Source: Yuukianura sp. NJ FZ-2021 (lineage: Eukaryota). Taken from it: 64,000 nucleotides of DNA. Within the stretch, counting starts at the first letter, position 1, and the number at the start of each line of letters is the position of its first letter. The DNA lies in NCBI GenBank assembly GCA_046563655.1, contig CM102287.1:4960001-5024000 (forward strand), read 5' to 3'. A program made the position numbers and the translations under genes. The notes beneath the pieces are model-generated. The model saw nothing but the letters and a program-made list of their open reading frames with translations, had not been told where the DNA came from and did no database searches. Below are positions 13,314-28,270 of the stretch, piece after piece.

Positions 13314-15387
13314 TCTCTAATTTCACTTGAAAAAGTGAACGAAAGATTTCTTTTTCTCCTGTTCTCTCCAACTGTAAGTACTTTCCAAATTGGAAATATG
13401 GTCTCAACCACTCCCTATCTTACAACCCGCACTTTTCTGATGGAACCTCGCTCCTTGAAAAACGAAAACGACGAATACTCTCACAAAGTCTTTCCCTCCC
13501 TTGCGAAAACATGCTATTGTTAGTCTTAAATTTTCATTAGAAAACCACTGAATCTAACCATGCGCTGAGTCCACCTCAATTTAAATTCCCGACTGCTTCA
13601 GTTTGTCTGTTTCTCCTTGTTAGCATTCTTACTCAAAGTCTTCTAGTTAGCCTAACCCACTACAAAGGTTAAAGTAGCTTCGTACCAAAAGTTGCGTGTT
13701 TCATCAATATTTGGTAGCCATAGTCCACTACAGTCAGAGTTGATTAAGAGAGGCCAAAGTAGAGAATGATAGGAAGGGCGGACGGAAATGACTGATTTGG
13801 AAATAGGCGGGTAGTTTATTTGTTTTGTTGGATGGAATTGGGTGGGAGTGGCTCTTAATTTCAGTTCTCCCCAACTAAAATTAGTAGGTCCAGGAGTAGA
13901 AAACAAGAGAAATGCAAGTGAAAGAACCCTCAACAAAGAGAGAAACGGAAGGTTTGGATTACAAACAAGTGGAGAGCTGCAATTAGTCCCAAAGCTTGTA
14001 TCTCAGGAGAGAACCACTAAAACTTTACGAATTTCATTTCCTGCTCTTCTCTTCCTAAATCCCAAACCATACTAAAACAGGAAGTGAGGTCATACAAAAT
14101 ACACACATCCTTCTCAAAATAACAAATTAAACTTCCAGCACAAGCCGACTACTCCCCAGCATTTCACTACTTTCACTTTCATAGTTCCACTGCTCAACCA
14201 AAATAATCTGGGACAGGTCAACGACCTCACCCTCCAAAAAATCTACAGAAAACGAAACTTTATTTCTAAAATTTGCGAAGTTGATGCAATGTAGCAGTGT
14301 AACGAAATTTCACAATAATTTCAGCAAACGAGAAATGTTGTTCCTTGACAAATTTCGTATCTTCTGCATCACAGTATGTTCAAACCGTCTGGAAGTTTAT
14401 GCCGGAAACAGAGTGATAGTGGCTTTCTGCTGACTAGATTTAGGTCAAACCTTCATTTGCCTAAACCTTTGTGTCGGGGATGAATTCAGGGAGGAAATGG
14501 AGGAGCCACTTGGAGGGAGTAACTACAGAATACAAAACAAACAGCACAAAGTCCCTTCAAATCTCCCACCATCACTTCCTTAAGCCTAACAATCTGACAT
14601 ACTATCATAATGCAGGTCAATTCCCGAATTTCCATTGTAGGATTTGAAATTGTCACCTTAGATCGACTTTGCAAAAATAATAAGAGAGCAAATCCAAACC
14701 CGGACAACCTACATGCCTTACCCAAATTCAAAATCAAAGATCACCTAATACAACATATTTTTTTTTGTGTATTTCAGCAAATCGGTGGCTTGAGAATGTC
14801 GTCACTACAATACTCCTTCCAACTTCATCCATCGCTTTAACAACTTGAAAAATGAGTTCAAAAAATTCTTTTGAAGCTCACAAAACAAGCTCAAACTCAC
14901 ATCCTCTTTTGAAAAACTTAAAATTCAAAAGCCCAACACAGGCTTCACAACTCTCTCTCCCTTTTATGTGTCCAAATTCTATTTAGAAAACAAAGTTCCA
15001 ACTTTTTCTCAGAATTCAAAGTTTCTCTAATTTCTTTAGATTAAACGAGTAGACAATTTCCTTGAAAAAGTTAACAAATTAACCCAATTACACTTCGCAT
15101 ATGTCTTCCACCGCTCCTGGAGAAACGTAAGCTCCACAGGGAACCATAAACGTGTCAACGGAAACCAGAACTTGGACAAAGTCTATTCATTCCAACACGC
15201 TGAAACACTAATCAAAAGAACATCTTTCTCTCCTTTCATTTACACTATACAAAATATTCAGCGTCTCCTCAAATCTTACCAAATTTCAAAACTAGCAAAA
15301 ATTCCTAACTTCAAAATAATAACAACCAATCCGCAAAAAAAAAATCCGAAAAATAATTTTCATAACTCCAGAATTCTTTACGATTAC

Positions 15388-15594
15388 CAGATATGAGAAA
15401 AATATTTACTAAAATCTGGCAAAATATTTAAATATTAAATATCTTATATCTTTTGTCAAAAACTCCAAAATATTTACTTATTTAACATTGGGGGCATGGA
15501 AAATTAATCAAATATTTAGTAACAAAAAAGCCCAAAATATTTCAATTCCTAACATTACAGGCATCATGCTGACTAAATATTTTTTTCATGTCTG
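15388..15594. mobile_element. hAT-type MITE, 207 bp
   Basis: 8-bp TSD ACGATTAC at 15380-15387 and 15595-15602. TIRs CAGATATGAGAAAAATATTTACT vs reverse-complemented right end CAGACATGAAAAAAATATTTAGT (20/23). AT-rich interior with repeated AAATATTT. Confidence 0.85.
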
Positions 15595-16854
15595 ACGATT
15601 ACAAAAAATATCTTCTTCCAACCACTCAAATTCCCTTCTAACATGACAAGCAAACTGAAACTCGCGAGATTGAAATTGCATAATACCTGAATTAATTTAA
15701 CCCACAACGTTCAAAAAATGCACTTCGATGATCCGCTGAGCTCACGTGAAACACCGAATTCCAATTTCCTCTACAGTTTCGTGTCTCGCCCGTGTGGTTC
15801 GTGTTGAATCAGGCGTGATGTGGTATTCCGAAAATGAACTAATAGAACCAATCTCTCTGGCGCGGAAAAAGCAGATAGAAATCCAGGTTAAAACGGGATA
15901 CAGTTTAATCAAAACCATTTTTAAAACATCCAAGTAGAAATTTTTGTTATGTTTTAAACACTATCGCAAAAATACTTGTAAAAACTTCGGGTGTTTTTGA
16001 GGGCTCGGATTTTGGAACCAGGTCGTTATGGCTCTTAACTTTTCCATTTTCCCATTTCCTGCTCATTGCTCCCATCGGACAAAAGAGGCGGTAAACTCCC
16101 TATGAATCTTAGGGGAAAATAGAAGGGAGAAAAACTATGGGAAAAGTAGCGTCTTTTACTTGTTCGCATTTGTCACAGCCCATTTCTTTCCAAGTCTCCA
16201 TTATGCTAAGAGATCCCTAATGGTTTTTAATAGTGTTTCTCTTTTGGCACTTCGAGTGTTGACTCACACAATCGAAATAGCTGTTCGAAATATGCCTTTA
16301 CCCTTAAATGTTATAGCTTTCTCTACCACCGACACCACAAATTCACTAAATTACCAAAAAGCCATGTCCTAAAAAATCTAACCAAGAAACAAAATCAATT
16401 CAAGCTCTTAGGTTTACCCTCACCAAGAATCTAACATATTCCGGAATGACTCGCCCAACTTTAACTATAAAACACTGCTGCGACAATCCAAATATGTAAC
16501 ACCAATTCAACAGTGGAAAAATATAAACATCACAACGAAACGACAATACCCTAAGCCTAGCTTAAATAAATATTATAACTACAATATCCTAAATATTATA
16601 TGCTAACTAAACAAATATCGATTTCCAAAAGCATTAATAGCCTTAACTTAACTTAATCTCAACTTGATCTTGCCAAATCCCACCTTGATATAGTCTAAGC
16701 GTGACAATCTGCTCTGGCCAAGTCGCAGTTTTACCTAACTTGATTGAAACAGCAATCCAACCAACCTAACAATCCCAACATTTCACTAAATAAGGTTAGT
16801 GCACTAAAACGTAAAGTCTGAATTTTGTGCCACTCGTGTATCGGAAGGAGATCA

Positions 16855-17455
16855 GGAGGGATTACCGGTCTTGATTTATGTCACTCCTTTCTCTTTTGCT
16901 TTCTCCATTCCCACAACCATATTTCAAATGTAAAAACTAAGGCCAGTCGTGCGGCAGACGCCATAGACGAAATCCACCATTTGCATTTTCTATTACCTTA
17001 ATTTTAATGCTTCCCTCCATGCTTCTTTGCTACTGTTTCAAAGTCTTTACCGCATAATTTCATTCTTAACCCACCATAAATCAACTCCCAAGTCACATGA
17101 AACCTCGTATCTCAAAAAATGCTTCTCAAAATCCGTCTATTAAAGCAGAACAGAATAAGCCTAAATATTTTGGTTTCACTTTAGTTTTTAGGAATTCGCA
17201 ACGCTCAAACTGTACAAACAACATTCAAGTCAAGCAGCCATCATCTCATCAGTTGATCACCTTAACTGACAATTAAACGTCAAAATAATTGCAGACAACT
17301 CATTAAAACAACTCAAAATGATTGTAAATATATGTAAATAACTCAAAATTAACCACAAAACTTTAGCACTGCTTCAGAGGAGACACCTCACCTAACAAAA
17401 GGTCGGAGGTCATTAAACAAATACTCGTAACTCAATCAAATGGCTCATAAAACCC
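16855..17455. repeat. Paralogous non-coding module C-D, copy 2
   Basis: AGGGATT..CTTGATTTATGTCACTCCTTTCTC, ATTTGCATTTTCTATTACCTTAA..TAATGCT, CGGAGGTC, TAACTCAA..AAATGGCTCATAAAACCC. Confidence 0.75.
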
Positions 17456-20400
17456 GGAAACTCTCTCGGTCAACCCACATGGAACTAAAACTGATGCTGG
17501 AACTGGAGACCATGAAAAACCTATTCTACGGTTCACACCATTTCCAGGAAAAAGTTCAACCTTTCTCTAATTCCAAACTTATTAACATAAATTAATTAAT
17601 AACGTATTTTAAAGATTCAAGTAAAAACTAGAATTCAAAAAAAATCGTAAACAGGAATTGTTACATCATAATTTTCTAAACTTCTCTTCTGCGTTTTCAG
17701 TTTTCCACTTCATACAGACGACATTGGCCACTTTTTACTTTCCAAAATCCAATTCAAATTCCAACCTCTTTCCTACTACAACATACAAAAACATCATAGG
17801 ACGTGAACGGAGAAGTCTGAAAGCCAAATAGGTTCAATTTCGTAAGTGTCATATCATCCTATGTGACCGGAACAGAATTTTGATCACTATTTAAATCGAA
17901 ATTCGAAAAATTCGGAGGAAAACAGAATCAAGTCATCGTGAAGTTCCTCTGCGGATCATTGTATTCGCATTTTATGATCCCCGCTCTAAACTTATAGAAA
18001 AAGAGGTTCCATGAGCCATCTTGAAGACTTCAAAACCAAAAACTTTGTTCAAAACTACAACTCAATTCGTAGGCTCTGAAGATTCTCATAAGATTCAGGA
18101 CAAAGTGGCAAAGAAAGTTCGCCTTTGGGCAGCCAGGAAGCATTTTCCTTTTGTGAAAAGTGAAAACTTAGGAAAAAGAGCATTCCTTAGTGGAAGGAAG
18201 AAGCCAAAAGTTGATTTCCCAGTTCCCTCATATCTACGTCAACTCACGTCCCATCCCTTCTGAATAAGTTAGTGACACTCCGAGAACATAAACAGAACTA
18301 TAGAGGCAATGGAGAAAGTCAAATCCCCCTACTCTGCTTTTCCACTCTCCATTCTAAAAATATACTCCAATAATAGACACAAAAACATCCAACATCTATT
18401 TCAAGTCTGACCTCACATAACATTAGACAGCACTAGAAAAAATCGAGCCTCAGAGATAGCAATTTCAAAAAAGCTAAACACTAAATGGAAAAACACAAGA
18501 AGAAGTAAACAAAATTTCAAACTTTTGGAACTCGACAGTATTGAACTTTGTTGCTCAATTTGAATTTCAGTTTCAGAGATTTACAAAGCGCCAAATAAAA
18601 ACCAAACCATTGAGCTTTCTCCATTTAAATTCATTAGTGAGACTTCAGCTCACTTCAAAAGTTTAAGTTTGAGTGGAGAGAGAGAAAGCTTTCAAAACTT
18701 CTTCTGCCAGCACCAGACTCCCGCCGTCCCAAATTCAGTTCTGAAAAAGAAAATTAATTTCAAAAAGAGAAAGAAATGGTGACGCGGGAAACTTGGAATT
18801 CATCTTTAAAAACAAAGCTCCCTCAGATTCATTAAATCTTAATAACCAAGAAAACTCTGTTTTCTTAAGTTTCCTTCTCCATGTGTCCCTATCTCCTTCA
18901 AACACTTTAAAGAAAAGCTCTTTTTAAGCTCTCTTTTCAGGGGAAGTGATGGATAAAATCAACCAGGCGGAAACTTCAAAAAAGAACTTCCTTCACACTT
19001 GTCAAGGAACCAAAAAACTTATAAGCCTTCCTATTTCAAAATCTTTACAAAATCATCTTTTCTTCTTCTTTCTAAATCCCCCGTTTAAAAAATTTACGCA
19101 ACCACAAAATTCTGATCTACGATTTTTCTTAAATCTCCGCAACATAAATTAAAAAGGTCGTGCTAAAATTCCATTTACGAGATTTAATTCATTATTAATC
19201 TTCTAAAATTTTTTTTTTAATTCTTCAAAAAATATATTGCTCAATTTCGATTTTAATCCTTCCGTGCTATCAAAATTGCCTCCTAAATTTTTGAACGCAA
19301 TTGACAATTTTGAAGTAAAAACAAAGTAATATTAATAAAAAGTTTAAAAGAAAGCAGTAGTTTAATAGTGTTTTAATCGTAACGGTTTATTTACTCTTCA
19401 AGGTTTGGTTTACCAATATCAATTCAGCCAAAGATCTTATTGTTTTCTGTTTATGTTACATTCTGCATAATATAATTTGCATAACCTGAATTATTCAGGA
19501 AATGAAAACCGAGCCTTCCAAGAACAGGAAGTAGAGAAGACAAGGATACCGCAAAACTTTGACTTTCGAAATTTGATTTAAATTTTAGACCATACGGAGA
19601 AAGCGGAAGTGAAAGTTAATCAAAAACAGGAAAAGTATGGCTGCTTTTGATTGGTTTGCAACACTCCCATCTATGATCCACCAGGAAGACCTTCAGCATA
19701 AAACTTATTGTACAAATGAGTAATATTTGTTATGATGTTCTCATAACATAACCTAAAAATAAAACAACCAATTCAAATTACAGAGGCCATTCAAAACCTC
19801 TTCCTAGCAATTTGAAAAAAAAAATGAAAATGTGCATTTTGATTTTTGAAATATTGTTTCCACTTTCTATTTTTTGGCTCCCGTCTCCGCTCTCCCCTTC
19901 CTGTGTCTGGAATTTCTTGAAATTGGAGTTTCTGAGGAGTTTTTCCAGCGTGCTGAAAGCCCTGATGAAGATGATGGTGAAAGTACCGCATCTGCCTCTA
20001 CCAACTCCCTATGAAAAATGTTTATTTTTTTGAGTTTCCTTCCCCTTTGTTCGTCCCTGGAAATGAAGCTTTTCCATATTCCGGTTTCCCCTGTCTCACA
20101 ATGTGAACCATTTGTTTTCTGCCAACTTTTACGACAGAACGTTGCCAAAACAAACGGATACCAATGATCTCTCCAGCACTACTGAAACAGTACACTACAC
20201 TACCAAGTCTAAAAACAGGACCAAGTCTAAACTACAGTCGAAACCAGCCTACACTTGCTTCCAGAAACTGAAGGTACCGTCATCCCAGCTTCTCCAATTT
20301 CCTGGAACCATGTTCAAAAACAACCATGTGATATGCATCCAGAAGCACACAGAAACAAGAACATCATGCGACTCGATTTTCCAAAAATGAAAAACCAACA

Positions 20401-23168
20401 CAAAAACTTCATTTTTCAAGAAACACCACGTCTCGCTAAAGAAAAAAACTCAATTTTTAAAAATGAAATCTCGGAATTGGCGTGATTCAGCAAGCAAACT
20501 CCAGTTATGGTTAAGTTTCAAAATTTAATACCTATTTCAATTTGAAAATTTTTCATTTTGCAAAACTGCTTCAAAGAATTAGAGGGCTTAGTAGTCACAT
20601 TTTAACTGAATCTAACATCCCAATTTCCTCTCCTCCTCGTTCCATTTCCTCTTCTGGCCCATTTTCTTAATTATTGTTGGCGGGAAGGAAGGAATTGTGG
20701 GTGATTTTGTGCCATTAAGTCCCAGTTTTCTCCGTCCAATTGTCGACTCAGCGGAAAGTACTCACTGTGCTACAGTGTGAGCCCATCATGACCAGAACAA
20801 TTTATGTTCCTCCATTAGCACTTTCACAAAGGGCCTACGCAAGATACAAAGTGCTTATTAGTTTCTGCAGAGGAGCCAAAAAGAAAGTCCTATCTCCAAA
20901 ACCACACAAGCACATACTGACTTTCCCCTAAATCCTTTCCAGTCTCTATTATTTAAAGACCTCATAAACTCCCGCTTCCAGACAACTCTCCCGCCAATTA
21001 TCAACTGCAACTCAAACTCCTTCATGGACACAAACTGACTTTCCACAAGAAAAATGGCAACAACCGCAGTGAAAGTGAAAGTAACGCTCAACCACCCAAC
21101 CCCGTCTGCCCAACATTGCTTTCCCCACTAGTTTCAGCGTACCCGAACACTTTTAACGGGCGCATCCGAACCGAAATCTCCTTTAGATTGTGTACGATAA
21201 CCTATCGCATAAAAGTGACAAGTGTCGGCTCAATGGCTCTAAAATTCCCGTCTAGAATAACCCAGGAATGTTTTTCCCCAAATCCCCAGTGCGACTTACT
21301 CGCTAAAAAGTGAAAGTCAAAAGTCAAAAGCCCCCGACAGCTCAAACTGAACTTTTTGGACTTAATCTAAAACTTTCCGTTTTAAGTCTCACTCCACGGG
21401 AAAAGGTATTTTCAATTTTCCGGATTAAAATTTCCACCGAAATCAAAGTCCAAAATCAGAAGTCAAAATTCAAACTGCGTAGCAAAATCCCCAGATAGTC
21501 AAAAACTTTGTTCTTAAAAAGCAATGTCCTGTAGGAAGAAAGTGACTAAAAGTTAAATCCTTTGACTCAAAAGAGAAATCAAAAGGAATGTGACGACTAG
21601 AGCAGAACTGTGACGTTCCTCTTTGAAGCTACCCGAGACAAAACTAACTCCGAATTCCTCCAAATCTCTGCGTCTCCACTTCCCAAAAGTCCTTTTTCAT
21701 CAAAGTCCAACAGAATCATAAACAAAGAACCAATAAAAGTTCTCAAAAGTCAAAGTGAAATCTGTTGAAACACTTTCTCACCGGGAAACTTAACTCCGTG
21801 CCTTTCTCCAGTTTCAAAAACATCTTAAACAGAAACAGTTTTTTAAAAGTCTTTCCAGGCTTAATTCGCTCATTCATCTAACAATAACATTTGCTGTTTT
21901 GTTGAAAAATCTGACACTTTCCCTTTTCCGAACTCCATCAAATACTTTCATTTTGAAAAAACTCACATTTTCAATTTTCAAAATGCTTTACATGTTCAAT
22001 TTTGGAAAAAAAAACTTCCCATGCACTAAAAATCCCCCGTCTGCCACTTTTCACGTGTACCTGGCTAGAATATGAAACAGACCAATGGCAATTCAGAAGA
22101 AATGCCCGTCTACGACACTAGTAATACATGAAGATGTCAATGACCTCGGCAAATCTGCGATCTTCTAAAGTTCCATCTGCCTGTCATTTTTGACCTGACA
22201 TGCCTTACAGCATGACATCTCCAAGATAATAAAATTCGTGCCAAATTTGACACTTATTTTGATGACACGTCCATTTGACAAGAGACGAGACACTTTATAC
22301 AGACAAAATTTAATACCAAACGAATGACACCACTCTCCAAACTCAAAACACATTTTTAAAAAAGAACAATTTTATTTCCAAATATAAATTTTTGCGAATT
22401 TCTCAAACCATCCGTAGGTTACACATTTTGCAAAAATGCCAGATTGTCTAACTTCAGGATTCCAAAAAATACTGGCTCCTTCTGAGGCAGAAGTTCTGCT
22501 GGTATTCCATATGGCTAAATTCAAAACGATCCAAATTTATGTCAAAACTTTTTTGAAACTCAAAAAACAGTTTCTTAACAAGACTTTTTAAGAAACATTT
22601 GCGATTTTTGAAGTTCACTTTTTCCTACTACAGATGTCTTTTTCTAATAAAATGAAAAAGTTCTAAATTAATACAAGAAAAAGTACAGAAACTTTTCTGC
22701 TTTGAAAAACTTGCTTCACTCCCGCATTGCCCCTTAGCATTCAAAAGCCTTTTTAAAAACTGCTAGTATAACGTCGTGCTACAGATTCTATACTAAATCT
22801 TTCTTCTAAACATAATCATCATCCATCAAAAATAAGACCACTACGAACTTCCCAACAAAAATATAGAACACTCCAAATTTCAAAAACACTAAAAAAAATT
22901 GTGAAAATTGAGTAAGAGGTTCGAAAAGTCCTATTCAACCTACCAAACTAAAAAAAATCAAACCAAAGAAACTTTCAAAACTCGTCACGAAAACTAGAAA
23001 TGACATTCCAAAAATTGTACCAAAAATCTTCAAAAATAGCCAAAATTTCGTATCATCTTCTCCTTCAAGAAAAACTAAGAAAGTTCTTCCAAATACTTTA
23101 TTAAGAAAAAATCCACTTCCAATGAACTTTACAAATTTGGAGAAAGTTGACAAGAAGAGAAGATGAAG

Positions 23169-23341
23169 TCCCATTTCAATTCCATCTGTCGTACATTCCG
23201 CTTTTCTTCCAACTAATGACTCTGTCTCTTCCTACTAATTCCCCAAGAAATTAATCCAAATTCAACCAGACACTTTCTCCAAATCTGCTCCCTTTCTCCC
23301 GCCATTTCCAAATATTAGTCCAATGCAGACTGCACCAGTCT
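23169..23341. repeat. Paralogous non-coding block B, copy 2
   Basis: TCCCATTTCAATTCC at 23169 and TAATTCCCCAAGAAATTA at 23236. The flanks GGAGAAAGTTGA and AGACACTTT...AGTCCAAT...CAGTCTC are shared with copy 3. Confidence 0.75.
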
Positions 23342-26300
23342 CAAACAAACTTTACACCAACCATAACCCGAACCTTAACAGATTCCATAAAAAGCTTCTT
23401 GATCCGCAATGCAGCTTTTACTTTTCACTACAATTCTAACCAAGGAACAAAGTTTTTAGGAGCGTTGAAAACAACCGCTAAACTTTCACTTCGCCTATTA
23501 ATTTACACTCCAACCTCGTACTCACAAACAGTTACACGCTCCCTCCCTCTTTCACTCTTCCTTCATCTTTCTACCTTGTCTAAAAATATCTATAATTCAA
23601 TTTCTTCCCAAAAGAGAAAAAATCGGACCAACTTTTTTTTATGAAAAAAAGATGAAACGCTTTTCTATTTGTACAAGTAAGAAATGATCGAGAGAACGCA
23701 AAGCTCAGGAGAACGTGCTTCGAATTGTACAGGGAGATCAAAAACTCACACACCAAATCATCCACAAAAAAAGAAACGCACAAACTTCCGCTACAGAAAT
23801 ATCCCAGGTGGAAACCTTCAGAGCTTTTGCACGCCCAAAAACTTCTTAATTCATAAGACAAACAAACCGTCATGAGCAGGAAACGTTAAGCTCCTACGTG
23901 GAAAACTGCTCCATTCTTTCCTGGTCACGTCAACTTAACTTTTACCTTAACCTACACCTAACCTAGAGTTCAACTTCACTATTGCCGCATGACTCACAAC
24001 AAAACTTCCGACACATCCAACGTTTACGACCGAAGAAAAACGCATTTTCCGATTTTTTAAAATGCCCCGCCCACTTTACGCAGAATCCTCAGAAACCAAT
24101 TTAAACACTTCAATAGGTTTCAGCAGAATTTGCAAACACCAATTTCTGACTTCGTGGAAACTTTTCGCAGAATTGGCGAATATCAATTTAAACTCTTGCC
24201 AAAAACTTTTGCCCTTCGGAAAAGTTCGAATAAAACGCGCGAAAAGCATTGCTGTCTGCTGAAGTTAGGATTTTCCAAGAAGTTCAAACTGTTAACGTTA
24301 ACCAGTTCCTCCAATCCAAAAGTCTTGTTTACCCTACACTACATCTGGAAATTCACTTTAGTTGGCTAATGGTTAGTGCTATGACTGGAAGTTTGAAATC
24401 CTGTCTATATATAAATCATTACTTCCAAGAACTTCATTCCCTTATTCATCCTGTCCTGACATGACACAAACGAAAGCCATTAATCACCATCTTTAGTCAA
24501 GTTAACCTCAAAGGGCCTCTTTGTACTCACAACAATTCCTGTCTCAGCACTTAACCATTCCCAAACAACACTGAAAACGTGCAGGAACAAACGTTACTCA
24601 AAAGTTAAAACCATGTCCAAAACATTTTCTCACGAAAATAAAACTTAAGCCGAAAATCTTGCAAACATAGCAAACAAAGCCTTTAACATCTGAACCCATT
24701 TTAGCTTTAAAAGCTCAGTCCTTGGATTGCAAAATCTCCAAGCTTTGCAAATTGCAACTCATTACCAACACCAAAACAAATGCAAAAAAAGAAACTTTAG
24801 TGAAAACAGTCATATACCCTGCGCAGCTTTCAACCCCTTCACTCTTTTTCCTGTCTCCATTTGCACTTATTGCATCTTAGAATTTCAGGTCTGATGGTTT
24901 TTCGTTGGAACCAACAGCAAATCGGAGAAAAAAAGCAATGTTCAGCCTCACTTCAACCAAGTTTATTCAAGAACAGAAAACGAAATTAGGAAAATAACAT
25001 AGACACAACTGGAACTAATTGGCACAAAAAGCCAATCTGCCGCTACTTTCTCCAACTTTCACAAAATTTACTAATGAACAAAATTTCGACATTTCACAAA
25101 CTTTCCCCAAATTACATGGCGTTTCACATCAACCCAATGTTAAACAATTTTCAATCTAAAATATTTGTGTCAAAATCTTTTCGTCAAACCACCTCAAGCC
25201 AACGCAAAATAACCAAAAATCAAAATGTAGGAGTATGTACCAACAAAAAACTAAAATTAAACTTTCCTAGAAATCAAAAATTTCGAATTTACTTCACTCC
25301 GTTTCATCCCACGCGCAGCTACAAAAGTGCCACTCTTCTAACTTTCTCTTCTAAAATTGCGTGCATATTAACCAAATTTACAAAGTTAAAAAATACAATA
25401 CTTCCCTCAACTTCCCCGAAAACTTTCACCACACCATTAGCACAAAGCACAACTTATCGCACCATATTTCCCCCACACAAATTTCCATTCCCACCAACAC
25501 CAACACCCCTTGTTTCCTTAACTTTCCCAACAACTGTAATTTTGTTCCCAAAACTTTCATTTAAATTCTTCCCTCCACGACTCGCCTTATTTCCTCCTTC
25601 ACAGCACAAATTTCTACCACTTTTAATGAAATTTTTCTATTGTTTTACTTTCCCTACCTATTAACACCAAAAAAGCACAAACATTTCGAAATTCTACACA
25701 AATTCAACAGTTTTCTCTTCTCTGCAAACACGTTTTTCTCTCATTTCAGTACCGTTATCCTACTTCTCGCAGTAAAAACAACTAAAAACTAGGCTAACAA
25801 AGTATAAAAATTCGCAAACTGCCGATCCCCCGAGTCGAATTTCCTTTTATTTCCAACGTTAGTAGCCATTTCAAATAAGGTGCGGATCGACATAAATCAT
25901 TTCCCCATCTTTTAATGCCTCGTCTAAAAAAGAAGCTTTCCTCCAGGAAAATGGGCACAGAAGATCCACTTTCCAGCAAGATAACTCAGACAATAAAAGT
26001 ATAATAGAGAAAGCTAAGGGCCTTTCTCCTTTTCCATCCACTTTTCAACCTAAAACCTAACTTTCAAGGTGTACCCAGCATAACGAAAGCCTTACTTCCC
26101 CGTTTCCCTAAAATACCTAACTTATTTTTTCAAACTTTTCCCTAACACAAACTTCAAATCTTCTCTGCACAAGTCAAAAAAGAATCCCTGTTTCCCGCCT
26201 TAACCTCTAGCTTCCAAGGATAAACGTTGAGCTAAACGGGGATCAAAATTGATCTAATTTGATCAAAGTAATTGAATAGATCCCTGTGGAAAGATAGGAT

Positions 26301-28270
26301 CAAGGCTTATGCTTCCTTTCACTTTTGCACAAAGCATACAACTTTCACCACACTTTCCCAGTTCCCCTATACTAAAAACTCTTTCATTTAATTCTTCTCT
26401 AAAAAACATAAACCAATTTTTAGAAAAAACTGAAGCAGTTAAAAGTAGGTCGTTTCTCTCCAGAACGGGAGCATTCTAACCGCATTCTGCCTCTAAACTT
26501 CCAGCTGCTGCCACCACTGAATAAAATTACACAGCCACTTACACCATAAAATATTTTCAAAAAACAAAACGCTTTCTACTTTCTCCTAAAACTTAAAGAT
26601 CTTCCTAATTTTCTCACAAAAGTAAAAGCGCATTCCAAAGAAAAAACCAACAAAAAAACTTAGGTTGTGAATTGATTGAGATGGACACAAAGTAAGTAAA
26701 GTGAGAGATTGTTTCTGGACAGTTTCCGACTGAAAGTAAAAGTTTGGCGTCTTCGTTTCATTTCCAAGCTTTCGGAAAGTGGAACCGACGAAACGAGAAG
26801 ATGAAGGGAAACGTCTTTCCTGCTGGAACCTTTTCCAGCGTTTCAGGCAAGCTTCAGCACAAAGTCTGGATCTCTTTGAAAATCGATTAGAAGCCCAAAG
26901 GCACACTTTCTCCTGCAATTTCGGCAATTTCCACAAACTACAAAAAAGACATCACAGCTTTTCCGAAAAATCAGACAGTCTACAGTTCACTGCTCTCAAA
27001 AGACCTTGGCTACTTCGCACCATCAGAATAGCCAATGTTACTTTCTCTGCAGTCAATGCATCCAGACACAGTAACGATTCGGCGCGAATAGTTAACAACC
27101 CGGCGAGACAGGAACGTCCGAAAAAATTTCGAAGAATATTCAATCCCCATTTCACCAAAAAGGTTTTTTTTTTCTGGAAAGAATCAAAAATTTTTCCTAA
27201 AACTTCAACAATACCAAGTTTAACCTACAGAAATAAGCTCATAAACAACATGTTCTTCTCCTGACAATTGTATGTTATCAAATCCGTGAAATCCGATTTT
27301 CGCCTTACTCGTTTTACTATTCGATTTCGAAAAAGAAAAGTTTTTCATCACCACCCGCTTCCGGTTGTCTGATTCCATTCAAGTTCAGCAGACGTAAAAC
27401 CGAATAGTGCATTAAGTAGTAACAATAAAATAAAATCTATCTCACACTCTTCACACCTTTTCCACTTTACTTTCACCGCCAAACGAATTTGTTCTTTGAA
27501 CACATTCGTTTCATCGCTAAATTCAGCGGCCGTTTCGTTCAAGTACTCAATTCAGAGTTTTCACTTATTTAGTAGCCACAGTGAAAGCAACGAGTGGCTC
27601 TCTACGCACTTCCCTTGCAAATCCATCATCCTAAGCCCTTGACTTTCACCGCAAGAGAAACCTGTTACACCTCAACTCTGCACCACTTCTCACGGCCTCC
27701 TGGATGAAAGATGAGAAGAACCCGATTCTCAGTGTTTATTTTCTCTGTCGCTTTCACCACCTCATTCACTCACTTCCACCATCCTTTCCACTCTCAATTA
27801 ATTTCAGACATCAAACAAACACCTAACAGACAAATTCAAAAAACTATCCTAACAATTCTAACCTCCAAACCCAAAAAAATGACCTCAAATTCCCACCAAA
27901 TTCCAACCTAATCCTGTCATTTTTCACGAAATTTCACCAAATTTTAGTTACGCTTTCTTCTAGTTACCAAATCAGCAAAGATTCTGAAAATTTCCGGAAC
28001 AAAACTTTTTCTTTCAAAAAATCGAAAGAAAAAAGAACAAAAAGCGGGAAAGCGTAGGTTAGGTTAGCACAGTCATTTTTTCTATTTCCAGTTGCAAATC
28101 CCTGCCATGAACTATATCCCCCGCTACAAGTTCCATTTTCCAAGTGATTTAGTGGAATGATTTAAGCTTGCTGGAAAATTTAAACTCCACACAAAGCTTG
28201 CCGCTTTTCTCTCCTTGGTCTTTCCAGCATTTCCAGCACTCACAGCAGCACTCATTTCTTTTGGTATATT

